NCBI RefSeq assembly: GCF_000150275.1
Contig: NW_002060956.1
Span: 1,362,280-1,426,279 of the forward strand
Source: Trichoplax adhaerens
Lineage: Eukaryota > Animalia > Placozoa
DNA length: 64,000 nucleotides
Direction: 5' to 3'
In this document: positions 40,501 through 49,750 of the stretch, piece after piece
How positions within the stretch are numbered: position 1 is the stretch's first letter
Layout of the letters: each line of letters opens with the position of its first letter
The notes under the pieces: model-generated
The model's database searches: none
Told to the model about the DNA's origin: nothing
Seen by the model: only the letters and a program-made list of their open reading frames with translations
Translations under genes and position numbers: made by a program

Positions 40501-43500
40501 TTATCTTAATATTCCAATGCCTCAAAAATCGCCAGGTTTGATATGATTGTCGCAATAAAATAGTGTTAGTATTGAGAATAGTTTAAAAGATGCGAAATTT
40601 GCCTTCATCAAGGTTTTGCAAGCCTATCGATCGATGATGAAAAAGAAGACAAGGCGCGAGTCAGCTTCATCATCTACGGGCCGCTCAAGAACCAAAAGAA
40701 TGTTGTCTAGGTAATTTGATGAATTGGATGGTTCATGATTTATGTTGATTTGCAGTACTATATCATCAACAGGTATTTGATCTATTTACTATCAATCTAA
40801 TATTTTAGTTGGACTACCGGTAGTCGATCGACAATTTCGACTGGGCTATCTTCGGAAGATAATTCTGCTGCTTCGAAATTAAGATGGAAGATAAGTATTG
40901 GCGAAGTTCTGGCAGGCAACAAAGCAAATGTAATAATTTTGAGATGTGTTTGGCAATTTAAATAATTGTGCAAAACTTGACATTGAGAGTACTACCGGTA
41001 CTCACTCATTATCTCAAACGTTTTATCACCTTTTAACTATATGATTTATTCGTTTGTGTTGCATAATTGCACCAGAGTATTTGCTAATACATTAGCAAAT
41101 CGTGAAGCTGGTATGACTAATGTTATATTAACCCAGAATTAAAGCTGGCACGATATAACCAATCGCTTATTGCTGATTTTCAATACCTAATTTATCGAAA
41201 TTTTCTGATTTTGCAGAAGGTTCGAGGCAGTAAACCTACTGAATTAGTACAAAAGAACGTCAGATTTATCGTTGAAGAAAAGGTAAATGTTTACTAAGTC
41301 AAGAATGTATAGAAGAGATTTATATCAGTTACAGAAAGAGCTGTATAATATTTTTCAGATTGACTGACTTGTCGCTAGTATTTCTATATAATTAGATATT
41401 TATTTTAGCTTGTTATAGCCATTATCAAGCTAGAATTGTTAGCGCTTTTAGCCTATATCGAACTAAAATGTATCTATTATATTTAAAGTTAGATACCTGT
41501 AGTTCAATTATAATACATTTTTTATATCACCTATTAGGAAATGCCAAGTACCATGATTAGCAATCAGAATGAAAGTACCAGTATCGTTGATCATGATCAG
41601 GTAAGCTAATAGCTCTAATAATATAATTATGGTCATTATAATACATTTTTTACATCACCTATTAGGAAATGCCAAGTACCGAGATTAGCAATCGGAATGA
41701 AAGTACCAGTATCGTTGATCATGAACAGGTAAGCTTATAGCTCTAATAATATAATTATGGTCATTTAACACCTTTAAGTAATATACTTAGTATCGGATAT
41801 GCAAAAATTGGATAAATTATAGTTGACTCATTTTGGTACACTATTTTATGATATGTAGTTATTGAATTCAAGCGTAAATCAAGATAGCGTTGAAGACTCT
41901 ATGCCACTCCAAAGTAATCTAGATCTTGATATGATTTATAAATTTATCTTATCGATTATATTCTGTATTATGACGACCAATTAACGTACATATACGCATA
42001 CATATAAGATTCATTGTCAAGTGATGAAGAAAAACATATTTCTACTATGGAATTGCATGCTACTCCCCATGACGTAAGTGTTGTAGAGTGTTTGGAAAAA
42101 TCTGCAATAATAATATTGCCCAAGTATACTATCGCTAAATATTTATACATTAATTTGACTTTATTTCTTAAATTATAGTCAGAATTGAATTCTGTCCACG
42201 AGATTGATTGTAATGAGTTACAAGGTAAATAATCACAACGTGTATGTTTTATTACGATACTAATTTAATTCTATTGTATAGAAAGCAATAATTCTAATGT
42301 ATGGAAAGCCATGATATTGATGGTTCTGATTTTGATTATAGATTTAATTTTACAAGATGAAAGAAACAATCAGCTAAATGTAAATTCTGATGAACATGAG
42401 GTAAGTTTGGATTGGTATAAAAATATCACAAAGCTACCTCCTTTAGTGGAGAATACTGCAAGTATTGCATTATTGCATGTATGAATTAGTGTAGCACCGA
42501 TACTGATACATGTGCTACAGAAGGTGTTAACGATCTATTACATATGCAAGCTTATAATTGAAATTATTCATACACTAAACGAATATATTTAAATTGAGAT
42601 GATTTGTAATGTAGAAAATTTCTTCTAATCAAGCATTCCATCACTGCATGTATGAATTAAAGTATTACTACTGATATAAGTACTGTAGAATGCGTTTACA
42701 ATTTATTACATATAGAAATGTGTAATTAGAATTACTCATACAGTAAATGAATACATTTATATTTAGATTATTTGTAGTGTAGAAAATTCCTTTTGATCTG
42801 AGTAGACATTAAATACGATATAAATTAGAAATAGACTTGGTACAGTAAGACTGACGTAGCATACATAAGTATGAAGAGTTATCGCTGAGTGGATATAAAA
42901 GTGAATTACATCTCTACTTGTAGATGTAATGCGTCATGTAGTAACACCATTTTCGATTCGAGCATGGTAAATCTAGATAGAGCTAAAAGTATTTAGCTCT
43001 AGAAATCAAAATTTTACTTCCATGGTCAATCGTACAGAAAGATCATTGAGTAAACGTGCTTTATTAAGGCTTGTAATTGATTATTACAATGATATATACT
43101 TTTTAAAATGTTGAACTTACCTATTTTAGGCGACGATCAAAAAGGATTATTCAATTTTGCTCGGAGAAGGTAGCTCTAATAAGTTTTTTATTAATTATAT
43201 CAATTACAAATTGAACCATTTTCAACTACCCCTGCGCTCTTCTATTTAAGCGTAAGCATACTAATTGTTGATCTACCATTGATCCTATTTTAGCGCCACC
43301 TTTAATTACATTCCAAGCATACTGGGCAACAATTTTTGCTAGAAAGAGTCATACAGTAATCTATTTATGTCCACCCGACTGTACAGCTATCGAATTATGG
43401 AAAGAAATGGAATTGCAGAAAAGTGGAGATTTAATGATTCAGCTAGTATCTGCCTTAAATCTAAACTGCTATTCGATATATGATGTTCGAATTTCGTTAG

Positions 43501-46392
43501 CTAATCAATCTGTAGTACACCAAGTCAAGATATTCCAGTCAGCTGGATGGTCAACTGCAGAAAATTACAATCTTGCCGATGTCCATTCTGCTTTTGAATT
43601 TCTTCGCCAATCGTGGTTGGACTATGCTTCTTATGCAGACTCGAAAAAGCCACTTTTAATTACTAGCAGGTTGATAAATTATTCATTTTCGATATACTTG
43701 TTACTCTTGGACCGTGTTGCTTTACCTACTAATTGTACTTGATCAATTGTACCAACGGTATAAAAACAAGACGAGCAATGATAGATTCCTATCTCCTTCT
43801 CTTTACTTATTAAAGCGCTGGAATTAATTCAACTGCTTCCTATATTGCCGCTTCTGCCGTATATTCCAGAATAGTATCCAAGCGTAATGTTAACGTCCAG
43901 AAAATCATCTCCCAGCTCTATAGACATGAAGTTTATGCTGATGTTCCATTGGTAAGATTAAGCATTAGCTCATTTATTTTTGAACTTGATTTGATTTGTT
44001 TTAACAATTTACTGTCCGTCCGCTTGGCTATAGGATCACATAAATAAGTGTTGGCTTTGTGTTTAATTAAAATTTGTGTAGGAATATTATAACTTTGCCA
44101 AGAAAGTTATCAACATAGCACTAGAATATAACGTTGACGATATTAGTGAAGAATGCTTATCCAAAATTATTGACCAGCGAACGGAAACAGATGCAGTTAC
44201 TGGCCGTAGCTTGGCTCATGAAGAACATTCGGTAGAGTAACTTTCATTCATGTGCTGCTAATGTAACATACGTGTATATATACGGTAGAAAATAAAAATA
44301 TTCAGATAACTTTAGATTGTTGGTATTACGATTATTTGACTGCTGTATACAGTAAAGTACTAATTTTCATCATTCGTTGCTTTACCGATGCTAGAAATTA
44401 AACTCTACGTTGGTTGATTTAGCAATTGATGAAGGTATTAATATGACAAGTTTAACTATTGTATCGATAGTGTATATCCTTACCCTAACAGGATTAAAAA
44501 ATAGTAGAGTTTCGTAATACGTAGGATGCTTTATGCGATTCATATCTTTCCCATTTTTGACACTTACTACAGCAAGTGCAACTGTTGCTAAAGACAATCA
44601 TGAAACCGGTCTTCAAATTGTTAAAGTTAGTATCGACCTATCCAATGGATATTAATTAATAAAGTTATTAATTTTAGAGCTAAACAGTCCAGTGTCATCG
44701 ATTCGTAATATTTGTGAAGGATCATTTTTTGGATAGTATAATAATGAGCAGCTAATATTATCTTGATGTAATTAACGCAATCTATATGGGCATGCTGGAC
44801 AAATGGAGTAATTAGATCAAAATTTTTTATCCAATACTATGTCTATTTATATTGCTAGGGCTACTTAAAGGGTGACAGATTCCTTCCGTATCATATGCAA
44901 CAAGATACAACGATTAAAGGAAAATTATGGGACTGGATGACAAAAAATAAATGTAGAATTGTTGTATCACTATGTCCATCTAGTGAACTCTCTCAGGTAT
45001 TTGATGATTTTTAAACAATGTTGCTGGTAATGTACAAATAAAAAAGTAACTTTTCGCCTATCTCAACTGTAAGTAAGATGACAGAAGCATACAGTAAAAG
45101 CCGTGCGAGTAGAATTCATATTGTCCATTTTTGATAAATTGATATTACCTGAATGCCCATGCATCTACTCCATGTGATGTATATGATAGAAATGGATTAA
45201 GTTGAGACTAGAGAAGCAGAGTCGATCTGTAGGCAGAATTTTTATGTTGGTCATTTTAAATGAATTTATATTACATGAATAGTATTAATCTACTCCATGT
45301 TATGTATATGATGGAAATGGATTAAGTTGAGACTAGAAAAACAGAATAGATCTATAAAAAAGGGATAGAAATATACATTAATGGAATAAAATTGTAGTTA
45401 TCTTATTCATTTCTAGTATTGTTTATTATTTATGTTGGAAAAAAGCGGAATCATCTGCCATTTGAAATCGACGATACCAATGCAACTATCACTGAAGTAT
45501 ATCATAACGAATACTATGTTGTATGGCAGTTGATGACATCGGTTTCATCGGTCAGTTTAGCTCTACTATAGACCCTAAATTTAATGGAGAAAATGTTGCG
45601 TTTATTCTTGCCTAAAATTACCTTATTTAATCGATTGTTTTTTTCTTTCCATGCAAGTAGGATATGAACAGTGGCTATACATTGCTCCATTATCACTACC
45701 TTGGTTGGAAATGTGATAGCTATCCATATAGCATTGTCGAATTTTTTAATTTCATGGTGGATATCAGAAAGAAAAATAGTTTATTGAATTCTGTTAGTAA
45801 AGAGAGTCCAATTGTAATTTGCAGTAGGTAATGAAATGCATTTGAGATGACAGGCTTTAGAGTTGGCTTATACATTAATTTATGGACTTTGATATTATTA
45901 AAATGCAATGATAAACGCGTGCAAAATATCATTATGAATTCTTTTATATTACCTACGTTTAGTAATGGAGCTGATGCAAGTGGCATTTATATTGCATTAA
46001 ATGATAGCATACAGCAGTTGGATGCGACCGGATATATTAATCTCTTCAGAACAGTTAAAAGGATGCAATGTTATCGGAAGAATATTTTAACTTCAGCGGT
46101 GAATTGAAATATTAATTTACTGTCTAATTTTTAAATTCTCTCATCAAGGATTTTGATAAGACTAGATTGAGTACTGAACTTGGTTCATTTCATTACTTTT
46201 AGACGCATTCAATTGATATTATTGTAGTTTATTTTATGGAATGAATTCATTTATTGATAAACAAGTTAATCGATTTATTTCTTTTCCCTGCTTTGTAATG
46301 GATTATTATAGAATGATTACATTTATTGCTACTTGGCTCTTCGATTGTACTACGAAATGCGACAGCAAGGTAAAATAATGCTTTATGTATAG
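16522..46392 (+). CDS. Giant adhesion GPCR (IgGFc-binding + 16 Ig + 10 FN3 + HRM + GAIN/GPS + 7TM) with a predicted C-terminal tandem pseudo-PTP (D1-D2); ~69 exons, ~4,300 aa
   Basis: Signal peptide exon 16522-16612 (MHLLWNLLVLFLLTVTPLHLDA). Phase-1 Ig and FN3 exons span 18930-33965, HRM 34055-34369, GAIN/GPS 34480-37909, 7TM 38456-40535, linker exons 40613-43024 and PTP-like exons 43130-46392. A manual GT-AG path stays in frame (about 13,000 nt). The aGPCR part is near certain; the join to the PTP part is inferred from splice phases. Confidence 0.8.
16736..18007 (+). other. Single 1272-bp exon encoding an IgGFc-binding (FCGBP N-terminal-like) domain
   Basis: Motifs GRDFYLGY, SADNYLALPVESYGNEY, DLTGTIITS, FSGNECA, CDHLVEQIPP..LG..Y, DPFMVIVP and SYGIPAG are typical of this family. 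Confidence 0.8.
18010..18760. repeat. Three diverged ~245-265 bp tandem copies filling intron 2 of the receptor gene
   Basis: tttccgattgagatc-like anchor at ~18013, ~18254 and ~18522, each followed by similar tcatcgcctata and tacatacttttaat blocks. Confidence 0.75.
18930..23328 (+). other. Ig I-set domains 1-10, one phase-1 exon each
   Basis: Exons 18930-19211, 19322-19588, 19868-20272, 20589-20867, 20977-21252 (not in the ORF track), 21324-21602, 21702-21980, 22074-22352, 22443-22721 and 23029-23328. Each has the I-set L.C...P.P.I.W and D.G.Y.C pattern with minor variation. Confidence 0.92.
23540..26723 (+). other. Fibronectin type III domains 1-5
   Basis: Exons 23540-23860, 24009-24320, 24770-25066, 25351-25421 + 25991-26237 and 26409-26723, with W.PP...NG.I..Y and L.PY..Y.I...A....G.GP.S motifs. 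Confidence 0.92.
26876..29915 (+). other. Ig I-set domains 11-15
   Basis: Exons 26876-27157, 27701-27982, 28364-28636, 29015-29275 and 29619-29915, all phase 1. Confidence 0.9.
30274..33965 (+). other. FN3 domains 6-10 and Ig domain 16
   Basis: FN3 exons 30274-30591, 31668-31970, 32102-32401, 32485-32555 + 32898-33144 and 33258-33569; Ig exon 33690-33965. Confidence 0.9.
30700..31400. repeat. Intronic ~90-bp degenerate tandem repeat
   Basis: gaaattgagt..atattgc anchor near 30709, 30798, 30887, 30976 and 31066, followed by two longer diverged copies (ctca.aaattgacgcaaaa at ~31130 and ~31288). Confidence 0.75.
34055..37909 (+). other. Hormone-receptor (HRM) domain followed by a GAIN domain with an intact GPS motif
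   Basis: HRM reads FCPAEVANNLRWPKTSGGQVATINCP...GLVTRLC...SIWQSIDTTGCIS. The GPS spans exons 37044-37108 and 37789-37909: CSFWDF..ETGGWSDSGCKV.......TACYCDHL/TTFATLL. Confidence 0.93.
38456..40535 (+). other. Adhesion/secretin-class (7tm_2) seven-transmembrane domain
   Basis: Exons 38456-38562 (LEIITFVGCGLSALGL), 38756-38858, 38980-39130 (LHYSLLASFFWMLHEG), 39305-39386, 39531-39597 (CWL....FWAFIVP), 39764-39858, 40014-40140 (LLPLLGVGW..G; QYLFAIVNSLQ) and 40494-40535 (GFVILIFQC). Confidence 0.95.
41500..41765 (+). repeat. 128-bp tandem duplication containing a complete 63-bp phase-0 exon
   Basis: Exons 41538-41600 (EMPSTMISNQNESTSIVDHDQ) and 41666-41728 (EMPSTEISNRNESTSIVDHEQ), with near-identical flanking intron sequence. 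Confidence 0.9.
43130..44231 (+). other. PTP-fold domain 1 (pseudophosphatase) and D1-D2 linker
   Basis: Exons 43130-43169, 43294-43669, 43816-43951 and 44082-44231 give GEAPPLITFQAYWATIF....TVIYL...QVKIFQSAGW...PLLITSSAGINSTASYIA...VNVQKIISQL...EYYNF. This is collinear with the PTP consensus TQGPL..T..DFW.MV....IVML...V.QF.Y..WPD...PIVVHCSAGVGRTG...VDV...EQY.F. Confidence 0.72.
44395..46392 (+). other. PTP-fold domain 2 (pseudophosphatase)
   Basis: Exons 44395-44434, 44573-44625, 44859-44996, ~45446-45550, 45661-45827, 45963-46098 and 46312-46392 give GYLKG...KLWDWM....RIVVSL...HYHYLGW....P...PIVICSSNGADASGIYIAL....QL...G.INLFRTVKRM...R...NDYIYCYLAL. Confidence 0.82.
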
Positions 46393-47204
46393 TAGAATGG
46401 AATTGATGGTAGAATCCCAAGGGAGGAAAAAAAGCATCCTGGCATAAGAAAGAGAGATTACTCATTGTCGTTCGATACGTGGCATCATAATAATTGAAAG
46501 TATTTACAGCCTTTCCTAATCCGCCATTTTGACGTACAGACTCTTAACATCGTACTGTAAATGAAATCGGATGAGCATCTAGTATTCATTCGCGATTCTT
46601 TTTAAAAGCCTGCATAGATTAGAGTAATTCGGGAAATTTTCAATTATTGAAAATTAAAATTGGGAAATATTCAACCTATAATTGATGATTTTTTTAACTA
46701 TAAATTGTATATTACTTCCATCACACTGGACATGTGTGATTATTCGGTTTATGGAAAGAATACCCTTTATAAATGATGTAATGAGGACTTTGACATTCGT
46801 GTATTGGTTGATTGATGTAGCAGTTGTATATTGTATAGGAATCATTTTAAAAATGGTTATCACGGCTATGTAAAACGAGAATAAAGTGGATCAATTGAAG
46901 ACTGATTGAGAGGCTGTAGGAAACGAGTTTGCCAGTTTATTTTAGATGTATGTGTAAGGCATTTGCTGGCCTTGACCCTGATATCGTATCCACTAGCTAA
47001 GAAATAGATAGGTTACGGGTTACTGTAATGAAACTGAACAGCAACTGCCATGTTTTGTGGTCTGTTGGTATAGATGCTATAGTGTAGGGCGTAAAATGAA
47101 CTAAAATTATGGTTATCCTAATAAGTTGGACAACTTTGGACGATTGATTTTTAACGTTGACAATGTGTATCTCATATTTTATTGTTCGATAACGTTTTGA
47201 GTAC

Positions 47205-47910
47205 ATTACTACTATAATGAATGGATTTGTAATCCCTTGGCATAGCGACTATTCTACGTTGCATAGAGCTTTACTTTGCATCTCTATTCCACTTTGAGCA
47301 TATTACTATTGTCATGAAATGATTTGCAATCTCTTAACATAGGGACTATTCTACACTATATACTGTAGAGCTTTGCCTTGCCTCTCTATTCCACTTTGAA
47401 CAAATTACTATCGTTATGAATGGATTTGCAACCGCTTAGTATAGCGATTATTCTACGCACATAGAGCTTTCCTTTGCGTCTCTATTCCACTTTGAACGTA
47501 TTACCATTGTCATGAAATGATTTGCAATCTCTTAACATAGCGACTATTCTACACTATATACTGTACAGCTTTACTTTGCATGTCTATTGCACTTTGAACA
47601 AATTACTATCGTTATGAATAGATTTGCAACCGCTTAGTATAGCGATTATTCTACGCACATAGAGCTTTCCTTTAAGTCTCTATTCCACTTTGAACATATT
47701 ACTATCGTCTTGAATGGATCTGCAACCTCTTAGCATAGCAACTATTGTATGTCACATAGAGTTTTACTTTGTATCTCTATTCCACTTTGAGCATATTACT
47801 CCCGTCATGAACGGATTTTGTAACCCATTAACATAGCAACTATTCTACGTCCAACCTAGTACTTTACTTGGTATCTCCATTTGACCTTGAACACATTACC
47901 ACCGTCATGA
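47205..47910. repeat. ~97-101 bp tandem repeat, 7 copies, with a 198-bp dimeric higher-order unit
   Basis: tctctattccactttga-like anchor near 47281, 47382, 47479, 47581, 47677, 47774 and 47873. The A-type block is at 47311/47509 and the B-type block at 47412/47610. Confidence 0.9.
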
Positions 47911-48349
47911 GCGTCTCGGCACTCGTCTACTGTACTTTATAAAGATATCTGCTAGGTAGCTGGAGCACTTATTTCATTCTCAGTAGACGTACGCGGTGGC
48001 AATATAGCAACTGCAATATTGTCTCATCGAACCAACAGATGGCGATGGATGATGAGATCTGCTATTTTATTAATTAATCGTCCTAGTCGATCCCTCGCTG
48101 GTGCTACTTTGCATGCTTGCACTTTTAAGTTTTAACTTTACTTTATTCCTATGAGCGCAACAGTTGACATCAAGCCATTCAACCTGTGCAATTTCGAGTC
48201 CATGGTATTAAATGCCATTAGGAAGAAATAAAATATCGCATGTGTATTTTAATGAGTGAATCTTTTTATACAATTATTTATCTATCGATTGGTATCGAAT
48301 TAAGGCAGGTATAATGGGTTGAAAAGGCAATCATTTTGAAAATTGATTT

Positions 48350-49750
48350 GCTTTTTCCAATTTTCGGCAGTACTCCATGCTACTGCGTGTACGTCATGCC
48401 TGTCTGTCCGCACATGCCGGATGTCAGGACGAGTGGACTGTCTGCACTCCATTGGCCTATCCTCAATCATGTAGTGTACAGTATCTTACCGACCTACTGT
48501 ACAGTACAGTATACAGTAGGCAAGATTTTGGGGGTTTTGACTAGTTTTAACCGCGAAGAAGAAGCAAGTTGTAAAACAGTGGCTGGCCACATAGGGTTCG
48601 GCTACAACATCGAATGCAGTTGGTTGTGGCTCATGCAGATTGAGCGACTGTCCTTTAGTCAGCCATTTGCCAACTACAACCCCAGGCTGGCTTAAGTTTG
48701 CCTCTTCCATAGTATATATACTGTATTTTACTTTGCTGTCCATCCATAGTGGATGGAGGCCTGGCTGCTGGGTACGACCGAACACCGACGTTGCGCAACA
48801 AGGCCCTAGGGATTCACACTGCGCATAGCGCACAATGCCCTTCAGCCCAATGAGCCAATGATCGAGAAGAACGACAACAATGCCAGGTATGCAGACTGGT
48901 GTTGTTCATCTACAGTACAATGTAGTGAATGAAAGACTGGTCCAGTACAGTACGTACTGTACGTACTGGAAAGTGGAGGGGGGGGGGGGGAGCAAACGGT
49001 CGTTGGGTCGAGTAAGTTGGCGCAGGCAAACGTGTGCACTGGTCATTTTAACTGCAACGGTCGATGATGGTCCAACCCAGTCACAGTCTACTAGACCGTG
49101 TCCGTCATTGGCGTCTCGTCGAATGACCAGAATGAGCGTTAGCCTGCCTATGATTTGCATTCCACGGCTACTTTTCCTCTTTTCTTCCTTCCAGTAGCCC
49201 CCGCCCTGATGACTCGTGTTAACATCAGCCGCGGTGGGTGACATACAGTAGCATTCAGACAAGAGTCGTCCACTCTTTTGTTGTGGTATTGATACGTCAT
49301 CGCAATCAGGGCTAGTTGACGTAGTGTTGGTGTCAGCGTTCACAAGTGTGTTGTGGTATTGATACGTCGTCCAAATGGGGGCTAGTGGACGTAGTGTTGG
49401 TGGTAGCGTAAGGGGGGGGGAAAGCCGGCTGCCACCACCATCCGCTATGGGTATAGTGCAATCATAGGCGATAGCTTTATCCAAACATCATTACACTATT
49501 TCATCGGCGATTGCTGGGCCTACGAATGTTGAATTCCTCTTCCAAATGTCGGAGAATAGTAACGGTTACGATTATCTTATTAAATTATTAGCTCTTGGTG
49601 ATAGCGGCGTTGGTAAAACGGTAAGCATTGATTATCTACCCGTGCTGTGTGTGTGTGAGTGGATGACATGTGTGTGTGTGTGTGTGTATGTATGTGAAGG
49701 GGGGGGGGGAAGGCAACACCATGGACAGCCTTGTCGACCGGAGAAGAAAG
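48350..49750 (+). promoter_or_regulatory. GC/CpG-enriched region around the Rab27 first exon; probable promoter and 5' UTR
   Basis: Visibly more GC-rich than the flanks, with poly-G tracts, tacagtac motifs (~48495-48520 and ~48910-48970), a ~70-bp direct duplication (49279/49349) and a (TG)n microsatellite just inside intron 1. Function is inferred from position. Confidence 0.5.

Noticed and set aside
44492-44503. Possible 12-nt microexon (GLKN) in PTP domain 2 after a ctaacag acceptor
   Set aside because: Frame-compatible and reminiscent of the KN of the KNRY loop, but the donor (gtagag) is weak and it cannot be supported without transcripts.
48336-49484. Several overlapping 60-190 aa ORFs on both strands
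   Set aside because: They result from the locally higher GC content of the Rab27 upstream region; no recognisable domains, and they include poly-G and repeat tracts.
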